The position numbers were made by a program, and so were the translations under genes. Below, one piece after another: positions 22,590-36,100 of a stretch of DNA of 64,000 nucleotides. The DNA is taken from positions 1,372,374 to 1,436,373 of the forward strand of contig NW_003314272.1 in the NCBI RefSeq assembly GCF_000143415.4. The letters run 5' to 3'. The stretch comes from Selaginella moellendorffii (taxonomy: Eukaryota; Plantae; Lycopodiophyta). The notes under the pieces were generated by a model. It saw nothing but the letters and a program-made list of their open reading frames with translations. It ran no database searches and was not told the DNA's origin. How positions within the stretch are numbered: position 1 is the first letter of the stretch; every line of letters begins with the position of its first letter.

Positions 22590-24123
22590 CTAGTTGCCAT
22601 AGACTTCCATCGGCAGCCTTGGAGTGGCCATGGCTTGCAGCGGAGTCTTGAGGTAGCAAGAGCCATTGTAAACCTCCTCTATGGATGGTATTGTCCCTGG
22701 CACAAAGCTCCAATCAAAGCCGTGAATGAGATTGGCCACCAGCAGCTCCAGTGTTCGCAATCCCAAGGGCATTCCAGGACACATTCTACGACCGGATCCA
22801 AACGGGAGGAGCTCAAAGTTTTGGCCTTTGAAATCGATGGAGCTCCCCAAGAAGCGCTCTGGGTAAAACTGGGTGGGATTCTCCCACACTGCCGAATCCA
22901 TATGCACAGCCCAAACATTCACCAGGAGAGTGGTTCCCTTTGGAACGGTATAACCGGCAATTGTGGCTTCCTGGGTGGCCATGCGTGGGAAAAGGAGCAC
23001 TCCTGGAGGATACATTCTAAGTGTCTCCTTGAGAACAAGCTGGAGATAGTCGAGCTTTGGGATGTCGGATTCTTGGACCATCTGGTCACTGCCTACGACT
23101 CGGTCAAGCTCCTCCCGGAGCTTGATCAAAACCCGAGGATTATGCATCACCAAGGCCATGATCCATTCGCTTGTGGTAGCAGTAGCATCAGTCCCAGCCA
23201 TTAGCATCTCCTGGAATGAACGTTATAGCAATCACAAAGTACATAAGAAGAAGTCTTACCAACAGATTTGCTTTAACGTGTGTTTCTCCCTGGGCATTAT
23301 TTCCGTAGAACTCAAGCATGATATCAAGGAAGTCCTTGCATTCCCGTGTCGTTTCCTTGTGCTCGTCAATGATCTTTCGCAAGAACTTCTCTTGTTTCGC
23401 ATGGATTTGCTTGTACCGAGGGATCTGCCAGTCCAGCCATCTTAAATACCACGGTACGAGGGTGCTAATGCACGAGGGATTGATCACCAGGTCGACAATG
23501 GAGAGCAGAATCTCTTTGAATTCTAAAGCGTCGGAGTCGACTTCGTCTTCACCAAAGTACCTCTTGCTCATCAAAATCCTGGACATATTGTTGAAAGCAA
23601 AAATGGAGAACAGCGATCTTATTTCCACGGGCTTGCTGTTGCTGAAAGACTTTAAGATCTCTCCCAAGGCATGGGAGAGCTCCTCCTTTCTCATCCACGC
23701 AAATGAATCGATGGACTTGGCTGTGAAGAGCTCCATGGAGCACAGCTTGCGAGTGTCTTTCCAGTACTTCCCATATGGAGAAGTTCCAAGTCCCGAATAG
23801 TTATAGCTGAAGTGGTCGCCTAAAACCATGTATGGCCTGGAACCAAACTTTATGTCGTGTGTGGTAAATACTTCCTTGATTATCTTCTGGCTAGAGATAA
23901 CCACAGTGGGCATCATTCCCATCTTCAAGAACACAATGGGGCCATACTTTCTGGAGATAGATTGTAAACTCCTATGTGGGGGCTTTCCTGCCAGTAAATG
24001 AAGGTGGCCGATCAGGGGCAGTCCCCATGGGCCTGGGGGGAGGTTTTTGAAAGATCTGTAGCTCCATGATAGAACTAAGAAGAGAATAAAAGCTACAAAG
24101 AGCACGACTGGGAGGATTTCCAT
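22590..24123 (-). CDS. Cytochrome P450, CYP71 clan, copy 2; exons 24123-23260 and 23210-22590, 494 aa
   Basis: Same structure as copy 1 at offset 17284, intron 23259-23211, about 8 amino-acid differences. Confidence 0.95.
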
Positions 24124-24444
24124 GAACGCAAACCTCTTACGCTGCCAATTGGAAAGTTGCTTCTTTATACGGAAGTTCATAGCACAACACCATACGTTCT
24201 AAGCAAGAGTTTGGTTCAATTGAGAATTGAACTAAACTCCAAGGCTACGCATGGAGATCTACGAGAACATGATCATGTAAGACTTAGATACAAATTTTAA
24301 AAGAAAGTTTGAATATATGGTTAGCATCGTTCATGTGACAAATAAACTTGCAGATGCAACACCTCGTCCAAATCTTATAGAGCTCGCAAGGGGACCCAAC
24401 TTGTACTGTACCTTGGAGCTGGTTTTGAGGAAAATGTAGCCACT

Positions 24445-26088
24445 AGCTCACGTCCAAAACTCGCAAACTCGTCAGCCGGCTGTGAATCCACTGTCCATTC
24501 TTGGTTTCCTTCATATCAACCAACCAAAGAATGCGTGTCAGACTTTTTCGTTTGAGCATTAAGTGCAACTTTCTTTCTAGGAGTTGTCACGCTTGAATTT
24601 GAATGATAGTTTGGCTTTCCACGAGTTTTATCATAACACATTCTCCTGGGAGAGCTCTGCAATCCACCAGTCAGTCAAAGCCACAAATTAACTTTACTTT
24701 GCGAAAGTCCCTAAAACTTATTCAAATGGACGGGCATACCGTTTCTCTACCAGCACTCTGCAACCTCAAATCTGTTCGACAGCAGGTTCTTAAGCTCATC
24801 ATCGTCCGCGCCAACTAGCGGATCTGGCACCGCCACCAGTATCTTTTGGAGCAACTGCTTCACCTCCCGGTTCAGAAACATAAAGTTGTCTCCCAGCCCG
24901 AAGCACGTCAAATGGATATGGCCATCTTCACCTTTGCCTTCGGTCCATAACACCCAGTTTGAGGGACTAACCAGCTTTGGCTCCTGTAGAAAGACCAGCT
25001 GCGTGACGATCCCGATATCTCGCGGTACGTTCAAAACACCGAACTCGCATTTAAGCTTGTCAGCTGAGACGGCTTGTAGCCACTCTGTATCGGGATTTGC
25101 TTGCAGATGTGCGGCGGGCAAAGCACGAAGCTCTTTCTCGACTCATGCTTGCAATCAAGACCATGCACCGTCTTCAACTTCGTGTACACCAGTTCTTTGG
25201 TTCGCGGTCAGTGCGATATGATGAGCTCAACATAAACCAAACGACAACCATTCTTCGACAGGCCCTGGATGACAAGAACAAGGACTACCATTCTTCTCGG
25301 CTTCACCATGCCAGCTTTCGTGCTCGAATTGGAGCTTTCGAGACAGTAATCTTGACGGAGAAAGCTGGGCCTTCAATGCTGGGGATCACACCAGTTCCTG
25401 CAGAACATCCGCATGTCAGTTGGCATGCTGCAGCTCAAGCTCGTTCCTTCATAAATGACACACTCTCAAAATATAGCCTTGAATGACCCGTGATGCAAGA
25501 CCGCCCTCTTCGCAGCTCGCTGATCGTTACTTCGATCCAGACTTTGAAGGCAATGCATGACATTCTTGAGTGCCTGATCAGCGGGAACTGCCGGCCGGAA
25601 GAATGCAGCCCCTAAACTCCGAGTCCATGTCGCAGTGCCGGAGGAACCGGCACGCCTGACGTCACCAATCCCATGATGCCTCTCATAGCCGTATTAAATA
25701 CATATACGTTATTTGTCGGTGATGTGTTACGTTTGATTTGTTCCACGTGTTCGAACCAAGTTATGAGGACTGGAGCAGAGCCCTAAGCGGAGACTTCCCA
25801 TCCAGCTCCTCCCCCAGGACTTGCTCGAGATAGAGCACCATGGAACCTCGGTGCTGTAACTTGCAAGCTTGTCTGCGAGCTCCGGGGTCCGAGGAGGATA
25901 AGCCGAAGAATGTACGCTCGCAAGGCTGCAGTAGCAGACGTAAACTCCCAGCTGGCGACTTCCCCGTGCACGATGCCTGGACAAGGCAAGAGTATTATGC
26001 TGTAATGGATGCCTGTGCTTCACTAGTTTGAGAAATGCAGAAGAACGAAGACTTGCCCTCGTCCAACATGTTCCTCAGCTCGTTGATG
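24445..26088. other. Second copy of the unassigned relic, truncated at the A/B inversion junction
   Basis: Collinear with 7160-8802; homology stops after CTCGTTGATG. Confidence 0.5.
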
Positions 26089-26994
26089 ATTTAAAAAGAA
26101 ATTTGGAAATATTGTCATGATGGATATAAGAACATATAGTTTAAATGTCTAATTCACAAATGACTCTTTTATACTCAAGCAACTATTTCTTTTCAAGTTG
26201 ACCTATTTAATATTGGGGCAAATAACATTAAAACAAAGAAAATCAAAGTTTCGTTCTATTAATATCCAGCTTAAATAGTTGTCCATAGTAAATTTAGACT
26301 ATCTAATTCTAAACTCCAAAAATGATGAAATTGTAAAGTATTGTTAATTAAATAAGATCCCATAAAAATAAAGGTCAAGTCCATACAAATAAATTATCAT
26401 CTTCTTCTTTATGCCAGAATACATTAAAATGAAAATAGAATATTCCCATTCATGAGGACTAGAGATGTCTGTTATAAATAAATCTATTGCTTATACTTTT
26501 GAGTCATATAAACATCACCCAAATATGATAAATTAACCCACCACTATATGAATTGTGCACACTAAATCTTTAATATAATAATTATTTACACCATAAAACC
26601 ATGGTTTGAAAAATGAAAAGTTTTTAAAACTTAGTAGCTAGTTATAAGTAGAGAAAATAAAAATAAAAAGAAAATAATGAGTTAGAAAAAGAAAATCAAA
26701 TATTAGTATTATTTAATGTGGACATTATATATATATTGTCCACATAGTTTGAGTGAAGGGAAAATTATACTTTTATATATGATGAAGTTGAAATGATTTT
26801 AATGATGGATTTAGAATTAAAATTTCATGGTCAACAAAATTTAATTATCCAAGTAATTATAAAACTTTATAAGGTATTGAATTTGATAAAACTAATATTC
26901 TTGTAGCTTTTTAACAAATATATGGAAATCCAACATTTTTCTTATCAAAAGAAGTTTTAAAAATAAATATTACATGTGATTCTTTAAGAATTGT

Positions 26995-27089
26995 ATATAT
27001 AGTTATATGTATATATATATATACATATATACATATACATATATATATACATATACATATATATATACATATACATATATATGTATATG

Positions 27090-27130
<41 letters not shown>
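26995..27130. repeat. Compound (TA)/(TACA)/(TATG) microsatellite
   Basis: Direct reading. Confidence 0.9.
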
Positions 27131-27836
27131 GATATTATTAATTATGTACTGATAAATGTAGAATTAATAAAAACAGAACTGTGTTGAATATTTAGGATTT
27201 TTAAACCTTTTCACTGTTTTAGGAAAAGTATATTTGGTAAGTATGTTAGAAATCATTTTAAAAATGGTTGTGATATTACTTTGACAATCTTAAATATTAA
27301 ATGTAAAATCAAATTATAATATTCAGGAATAAATCTCTTATCAAAATTAAATAATATTGTAAACTATTATGGTGTTTGTGTATTTATTCTTCAATATGTT
27401 GTTACATTGTTTTATATACCAAGAGAAAAAGGTAGTGTATTCTAATAAAAAAGATTTTTAAATTTTTAATTAACACATTTCTTACAATAAAAAATGTTTA
27501 AAACTAAGCAAAAGTACTTAATAAAGTTTGGTGGACAAAAAATAAATATAATCATATTAAAGTTTTAAAATGAAGAAGTACCATAGTTTTTTAAGTATGA
27601 TCTAAGAAATTAAAATAGAAAAAGTAAGCTGTGAGTGCTTGGAATATGGAAATGGAATATAGAAATGTGCATATCAATTAGCCCAAAAACCCTAGCTTAT
27701 ATACAGGAGCGAGTGGTCCAGATTGAAACCAATCCAACGGCTACCAAAATCCCACTACGCTAATATTAGTATATGACATCTTAACCATACACTTGGCCCT
27801 CACATCATCCCCTCCTCTCGGGATAACGGAAGACCA

Positions 27837-30800
27837 TCAGGGTTCTCTTGAAGATGGGCCGGGATCCGGAGGAACGTCAGGAGGAGGCATCGGTGGATCT
27901 ATAGGTGGTATTAACTCCTCTTGATCCCTTTGTAAGAAGTGTTTTAGCTGCTGCACATGCACAATCTCTGGAGGATCGGCCTGATGAACGTCATGCCGAA
28001 CCTCATAAACTTGTGGTCCAATTTGTCGCAACACTCGATACGGTCCTTTCCATTGCGCACAAAGCCCCTTAGATAAACCACGTACCGTAAGATGGGGAAA
28101 ACGGACTAACACCAAATCATCCACTTTGTACCCCACAGGTAGACGATGATGGGAGTTGTAGCGCCGTTGTTGTCCCACTTGTATGCGGCCTAAGTGTTCG
28201 GCAGACTCTGCTCGGACAAGTGGAAGAATGCTCGTCAAATACTGATCCCATGATCTAGCATCGGCAGCACGTGGCAATTGCGAAGGTAAACCCAACTCCG
28301 TTGGTAATATTGGATCATGACCATATAGGAGTTTATATGGTGAAGCACCAACAGAACTCTGCACCCCTGTAACATATGCATACCGAAGAGACGGCAAATA
28401 ACCATCCCAATCCAAATGCTGAAAGTTCACATACTTCGCAATCATCCCTTTGAATGTCTGAACAAGCCATTCCACCAGACCGTCTGATTGTGGATGATAA
28501 GCACTCGTGAAAGTGTGGCATATCCCCAACCGAGACGTCAAAACATGAAAGGCCTCAGCCATAAATGCGGGACCATTATCCGAAAGAATCCGCTCTAGAC
28601 AAGAATGCTGGAACACCACTCGATTGAGGAGGAAGTATCCAACAGCAGTTGCAGAGGCGCTAGCAAGAGCACCAACTTCCACCCAACGAGTCAAATAGTC
28701 AGAAGCAATAATAACATACTCATTGCCAGCAGTTGACCGTGGAAAAGGTCCCATAAGATCAAACGCCACTAACTCAAACGGACGGGAAACTGCAATTGAC
28801 TCCAACCGTCCTTTCGCAGCATGAGGGGGAGTATTACGAACTTGGCACCAAACGCAGCTACGCACATACCGGATAATATCACGTCGCATCTCCGGCTAAT
28901 AGAAAGACCTACGCAGCTTCTCGGTGATACGACAGTGTCCCATATGCCCACCTAGAACAGGAGAATCATGGTAAACATAGAGAAACCACGGAATAAACAC
29001 CGAAGGCACCACCAGCCGTAAATGATCATCAGGATCCATCCCCACAAAATAAAGAAGGCCATTGTCAAGGCGATATTGAGAATGTAAATGCCGGAAAGGC
29101 AAGTTATCAGCAAGTGATGCAAGATTCTCAAACCCATCTCGAAGCTTCCGAATCCACGGCTCAATCTTTTGAGCCTCGCGAACCTCATCAAGAGAAGGTA
29201 GATCTTGCTCTGCACCTTGTGGACACTGAACGTCAAGGATAACAATTGCCGAGGGCACAGAATCGTCATCTAGAAAATCCACAGATGCTGGAACAACATG
29301 TTCGTCAGAAACATGAGAAGTGAGTGGAAAAGGAAGAGGAGCTCGAGAAAGGGCATCAGCATCAGCCATAGAACTCCCTGGGGGATGAACAACATCGAAA
29401 TCATATATCTGAAGCTTCAAAGCCCATCAAGCCGTACAACCAACCAGGTTCTTCTGCTTCAATAATGAAGTAACAGCAGCATGGTCACCTTCAAGTAACG
29501 TCCGAGAACCATGTAGATAGGCATGAAGTTTCTCGAAACCCCAGACTGCTGCTAAACACTCCTTCTCCATCGTAGAGTAGTTCATCTCTGCTGGTTGTAA
29601 TGTACGGCTTATGTATGCAATGGGATGGCGCTGACCCGGCACACTTGAGCTCTCTTGCATCAACACACCTCCGAGACCAATGTCAGAAGCATCCACACGC
29701 AAAATAAAAGGTCGAGTGTTGTCAGGATATGCCAAAACCGGAGGAGTCATCAATAGTTCTTTGAGATCCACGAACGCTCGCTCACAATCCGGAGACCAGA
29801 TGAAAGATGACATTGATGACTTCAGCAATGCTCAAAATGGTGTAGTGCGATCGGAAAGATGATCCACAAAACGACCGAGATACTGCACCTTACCCAAAAA
29901 GCGCTGCACATCATTCACACAATTCGGAGTAGGGAACTTTAGAACAGCCATAAGTTTGTCAGGATCAACTTGCAAAGCCTCACGAGAAATACGGTACCCA
30001 AGATAAGTTGTGTCCTTGGATCCAAACACGCACTTTGACCGCTTCAGCTTTAAACCAACGTCGCGTAGCCGATCCAACACTTTACAAACATCACGAACGT
30101 GCTCCTCCCACGTCCCCTCCAAGTGGATCAAGACATCATCAATGAAGTCAGCAGTCACCTCTGGCATATCGCAAAGAACCTCGTCCATCATCCGTTGGAA
30201 AGTTGCTGGAGCATTGTTCAAACCAAACGGCATCACCAAGAACTCATACAAACAAAATGGTGTACAAAAAACAGTCTTAGGAATATCTTCTTCGGCCATC
30301 GGTACTTGCCAATACCCAGAAGCAAGATTTAGCTTGGTGAACCAATGACTTCGCCCCAGACAATCCAAGAGATTAGCAGTGTGAGGAAGAGGATACACAT
30401 CTGGGATCATCACTTCGTTTAACGGACGATAGTCGATATAGAAACAAATATTCCCATCAGGCTTTATCACAAGATGAGGTTCACATGCCCAAGGACTCCG
30501 CGACTTCCGAATAACACCCTTCTCCAGCATTTCCTTGACGTTTGCACGTAAAATCTTGATCTCCTTAGGTGACCGACGACGAACAGGAACCTTGATTGGA
30601 CGAACATCCCCGGTTGGAATTGGATGACGTGTGGCAATCTTGGCCCCAGACGATAAGTCAAATTCAAAGAGATCAGAATACTCCTTCATGAGCCGGTCAA
30701 CTACTGCAACACAAAGATCGTCGGAGGGATCGGAAAAGGGAAAAACAGAACAAGATGGAAACACAAAAGGAAAGAGTGGGGGAACAAAAGTAATGAAAGC

Positions 30801-31325
30801 AGAGGTAGAAGTAGAGGGACGAAGAGGTATGGAAGTGAGAGGAATGGATGAAATATAAGGAAGTATGAGACAAGGGGGAGAAGCCTCAAAGTCACACTTA
30901 GCATGATTGCGCTGCAACCAATCCATACCAAGAATGAGGTCAAAAGCTTGACTCGGCACCACCCGCAACGGCTGCAACTCAAGCTCAAGATTGCCCACAC
31001 GCACAACTAGGTCCACCTCATCCCGTGCACATGCATGTGTACGGCCGTTGCCATAAAGAATGAAAACTGGTTCTGCCGCACGACGCAAGTGTAAATGACA
31101 ACGTGTGGCAACAGGTCGAGCAATAGAAGATAAACTCGAACCTGTATCAACCAACACGGAGAGAAGAATAGGAGACCTCTTGTTATAAAGACGAGCTTGG
31201 AAAGTAAACACTGGATGAACCGGTGCCGAGTGAACCCTTTGATGATACTCCCGAAAGAAAGATGGAGGGGTCACTAACTTATTCACGCAAGGTCCCTCCA
31301 TTACTCGCGCGACTCCTCGTTTCCC
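27837..31325 (-). pseudogene. G1 pol (protease, RT, RNase H, integrase with GPY motif)
   Basis: LVDTGSS, MPFGLNNAPATFQ, FIDD, VDASDIGLG, HMGH..CVWC, SDNG and WKGPY; stops at 29832, 29427 and 28896. Confidence 0.93.
31262..31325 (-). promoter_or_regulatory. Predicted -1 ribosomal frameshift signal (G GGA AAC plus H-type pseudoknot), G1
   Basis: Heptamer at 31319-31325 in the gag frame with pol in the -1 frame; stems TCGCGCGAG/CTTGCGTGA and ATGGAGGG/CCCTCCAT. Confidence 0.8.
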
Positions 31326-32599
31326 GAATGCACCTCGGTATCCAAACCTTCCACCGCAGCAGCACCAACGGGACGCTGCTGACGCCAAGGTCTCCACCCA
31401 GGAAATGGAGGTCGCCAATCCGGAAAACAACAGCAACGCCGATAAGTATGACCAACTTCATCACACGCCCAGCAGCAAACATCACGGCCACGACCATGTC
31501 CTCGCACTTGTCCTTGGACTCGAGCAGCAGCAGCATCAACCTCCATTGGAACAGGACCATCACCCATAGGAAGTGGAGTGGAAAGACGTGCAGCTGTAAG
31601 CGACTAAATTTTCCATTCTACTTTAGTCACTTAACCACACCTCCGACCACTTGGAGGAGTCTCATTCACAACCTCCATCAATCCAATTCAGGACTTGGGA
31701 CTTGCTAGCCCCAAGAATGGCATCCATGCCACTCCACACTTGCACCTAGTCCAAGTGCTCCACGTGTCCGGTCCTGAGACCGACACCCCAAAGGTACCAC
31801 TGACATCTCGGCCCGTTACGCTAAGGCCATGCCCATTCACCTTTGCTGCACTAGTGGTTCAACACCACTTGCATCACCACCTCGTCTCTCCAAGACTGGG
31901 CCATGTGTCCACGAGGGGTCATCCTGGATCCACTCCTTAGCATCCTTAGGATGCCCACAGACCTGGGGAATTGCCTTCCCCAAAGTCCCTTTGTCAGTTC
32001 CTACCAAGTCCCTTTCTGCCCCTGGCCGTGTTTGCCAACACTGCCACTGGATCGAGGCCCACAGGCCCGACCCCTAAGTCCCACGGTCCTCTGGGACTTC
32101 CTCACCACATGACTGTGTCCTTGGTCACTACCCCAGAGGACTGCTCCTCTTCCTTTCCACAGTCTGGGCCTTTGGGACAACATTTCGGAACACCGTGGCC
32201 TTACGCGAGCCACCTGGGTACTCTCCCCACCTATCGCCTTTAGGTGCTCTAGCCATGGGCTTAGAGCGAGGTTCCGTTGAGCCACGCCTGGTATCCAAGT
32301 AGGTAGTGCCACCCACACTTGGACTGGGAGCATCGGCCAGTCGATCTCCCGGGGGAACTAGAGCCGGCTCTTGAACACTTCACCAAGCTACCCCGCTTGT
32401 CGGTCTGTGTTCACTCTAGTCTTGGACTTCCCAGTGGGCAGCTCATCACCCAACACTGGGTCTGGCCTTCCTGGGCCAAACTGGCCTTTCCTGGCCAAAC
32501 TGGCTCCACTGCAGTCCTCCCCCTTACTATACTTTTGGAGCTCACCAAACCCCCCAGGGTCTGGGAGACGAACGCTTTGGGCTTTCACCCTCTCAGGCT

Positions 32600-32699
32600 C
32601 CGGACTCGGACTCGGACTCGGACTCGGACTCGGATTCGGACTCGGACTCGGGCTTGGGCTTGGTCTCGGCCTCGGCCTCGGTCTCGGTCTCGGTCCCGA

Positions 32700-32731
<32 letters not shown>

Positions 32732-33185
32732 CCGGTCTCGGTCTCAACTTCGGACTCCATCTCGGACTCCATCTCGGACTCCATCTCGGGTCCATCTCGG
32801 GTCCATCTCGGACTCCATCTCGGACTCCATCTCGGGTCCATCTCGGACTCCATCTCGGACTCCATTTCGGGTCCATCTCGGGTCCACCTCGGACTCCATC
32901 TCGGACTCCATCTCGGACTCCATCTCGGGTCCATCTCAGACTCCACCTCGGACTCCAACTCGGGTCCATCTCGGGTCCACCTCGGACTCCACTTCGGACT
33001 CCATCTCGGGTCCATCTCGGGTCCACCTCGGACTCCACTTCGGACTCCATCTCGGACTCCATCTCGGGTCCATCTCGGACTCCACTTCGGACTTCAACTT
33101 GGGTCCATCTCGGACTCCACTTCGGACTCCAACTCGGGTCCATCTCGGACTCCACTTTGGACTCCAACTCGAGTCCATCTCGGAC
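32600..33185. repeat. Minisatellite inside the 3' LTR: (GGACTC)n, (GGTCTC)n, then mixed 11/12-bp units
   Basis: Units CTCGGACTCCAT and CTCGGGTCCAT read directly. Confidence 0.95.
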
Positions 33186-36100
33186 ACTCCCACATGTCAT
33201 GTGTTGGTCCTTTTGGGTCCCTTTTTGGAGCCTCGCTTTTTGCTCGCTTCGTGCTCGTTCCTCGAGCCCTTCTTTGGGAGTTCCACTCCCGCTCTTGACT
33301 TTTCAAGTCGGAGCTTTTGGTCCAAACGTGTTACGCTCGTTTGGCTCTCGCTTCAGCCACTACCACGTGGCACCCTTTCCGGCTCCACTTTAGGGCCTAG
33401 GGATTTTGTGTCTCACAACTCCACCACCCATAGACGAAGTTCGATGTCCTCATCGAACGGTAAACCCTTTCATAAAGTAACACCCACACGTGTTACCATT
33501 TCCATCCTTGGCACCTAGCCAATCTTTGTCTATGGTTTGACACCAAAGGCTCACCATGCCTTGTCCATCCTTTAAGGAGCGTAGTCTCTCCAACTTAGAG
33601 ACTGATTGGACCACATGTAATGGTTCATCCTTTTATTGGTTTAGTTCTCGCTAAACCTCTTAGAGACCCTTCTCTAAGTCAATCCCACTACTCCTTCTCG
33701 AGTAGTCTCAATTTCCATCGATATAACCTTTGCACTTTGGAACTTTGAATTTTTGACTTCTTAGAGTCAATTTCCTAGGTGTCTCCGACACCTTGCCTTG
33801 CACCTTTTGTGCAACTCCACTTCCCATCCTAGGAAGTTCTCTACTCGAGGGCACCATCATCCTCTCTTCTATTTCGTGCCAAAGTTCCAGTTATCATACT
33901 TTGTGCTAGGGCTGTTCATGGCCCTATCATTTGGCTACCTTACCGCTCCCTCCCTTGGAGCTTCCACTTTCGCCAAACCGGAGCATTTCGGAATCCCTCC
34001 TTGGAAACACACTTCCTTTCCCGCAACTTGTTAGCGTCCAAGACATTAGTGTTCCTCGCCTAACTTTGTCACTTGGATTCCCCCCAAGGGATTCCACAGC
34101 CCTATCTTGGCCACTCATCTTTTGCTCCTATCCGTTGATTGTTGCACCAAGCAACATCGAATCTCTACCTCCCTCCTTGAGGTATTGTTTCGGTTCCATA
34201 GCAAAGACTCTTCTTTGCCAAGTCCGGAGGATGTTCACCCCTAGTACGTCTCTTTAGCATCTTCTGCTATGGGCTCTATCCACGGCCCAACTTTGTGACC
34301 CTCCCATGGGTCTTTTATAGAGACTACTTTCCTCGGACTCACTATGCCATCTCACGGACATAGTTTATTTCCCTTAGGTGCTCTTCCCACTTGGTCATCA
34401 CGACCAAGCCACATCACCTTAAACAGTTCAATCTCAACATTTTGAACCAGGAACTTCATTCCTTAGCCAACCAAGGACCTTGTCCTTATCTGGCCATAAG
34501 ATCACTTAGTGATCTCACCTTGGCACCTTAACAGAGTTGCCAAGAGGTACTTGGTCTTCTAGACCTCCAAGTTGTTGACTATAACCCCGGGGGCATCCCC
34601 CACACTTGGCGGTGCACCCAAGCTAGCCCTTACGGCCAAGGGTTCATAGCAACTGAGATTAGGTGTCCCCATCTCACTCACCACGACCTTAGTGCCACTT
34701 GCACCAAAGTGTTCAAGTTAGATATGCTGAGCTTTCACACTAAGCAATCTAACCGTGCATCACGACTCCGAGGCATCCCTCGCTTGGCGGTGTGCCCAAA
34801 CCAGTCTCCCCACTGAGAGTCCATGACCACCGAAATATGAGTGTCCTCATATTCCAAACCATCACCACGCCCTAGTGATTTGGGACTCGAACCCAAGCAC
34901 TAGAGGGTCGGGATTCGAACCCAACCTCCGTATATGCATCTACGGACGGCATCACACTAGATGCCTTGCGTGACTCCCCACGCCGGTGCACCAACTTATT
35001 TTTTAAAGCGCGCTACAGATCACAGCTTAGGAACCTAGTTCCTCCACACTGCCAAGTCCTCTCACTTGACATGTCGGTGATCATGCATGGACTCCTCCAT
35101 GCTCGGCCCCATGGCCCACCCTTTTTGAAGTTATCACCTTCAACTAGGGTCTTTGTTCCCCCGACGTGCCAATCTCACTTGGCAAGTTCTCCGACCATTG
35201 TAACATGGTTCCTGCATAAGCGTGAAAGTCCTTGACCATCGACTTTCGTTCAAAGCCCTCTCTTTGAATACTCGGGAACTACTTCCCTAACCTTGATAAC
35301 CTTGCCTCATGGCAAGCTTCAAGACCACGCTTCTACTGCGCCACTCTGATTTCGCGCGTTCCATGAACCATTTACACTTGGCCTTTCTAGGTACTACGCT
35401 ACCTAGAATCGTCTTTGGGAACCTTGAAGGAACTCTGTCCCTCAACTTGCTAAGGCCTCCCCTTTCGCAAGCTTTATAGTTGCCATATAGTCTAACATGG
35501 ATAATTCCATATTTTAGACTCTCTATGGCATCACGGTTGCTAGCAACAACATCCTCGAGCACCCTCTTGATTCTCCACTCCCAGCTGGCATAACCAACCT
35601 TGGTTATGCCCTTTGATTCCTATGGTTCGGTTCTATCCCCTTACTTCTTGCTTTTTGGCTTCACACCTTTCCTTTGGTCATTCTCCTCCAGACCAGGAGG
35701 ATAGCTTTGCACTTTCTATCATGCCTTAGCAAGTATTCTTAGGGATGAACCTACCCAATAGCCTAGGGAGTGGTTCCTCAATCCGGGTATGCTCACCTTA
35801 TAATCCAACACACTAGGATTACATTGTTGCTTATGGGCCTTTACATGCCCATCACTAGCCTTGCCAAAATTCCATTTTTGGCTTTGTCCAACTCGGGTAG
35901 ACAGTCCTCTCCTGTCTCCGCAACCTTGGACATTTGGATAGCACCTTCTATCCATCATTCGCTAGGGACTTAGTCCCTTGGGCTTTATCCATTGCCCTCG
36001 CGACATCAAACACCACCTCTTGGTGTTCTAGAGTGTTCGGGTGTCCCAATGATGGCTTTCTTGACAATGAGTATTTCCTTTTATGACATTGACTTACTAT

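Noticed and set aside
32600-33185. CRISPR-like array
   Set aside because: Units are contiguous 6-12 bp repeats without unique spacers, they lie inside an LTR in plant DNA, and there are no cas genes.
32319-33518. Long RS/RT/GL-rich ORFs (also 38193-39452) as SR-type proteins
   Set aside because: They arise from the stop-free minisatellite, are open in several frames on both strands and have no RRM.
34880-34995. Intact tRNA gene
   Set aside because: Only T-loop-like and 3'-end-like pieces are present, and I could not fold a cloverleaf.
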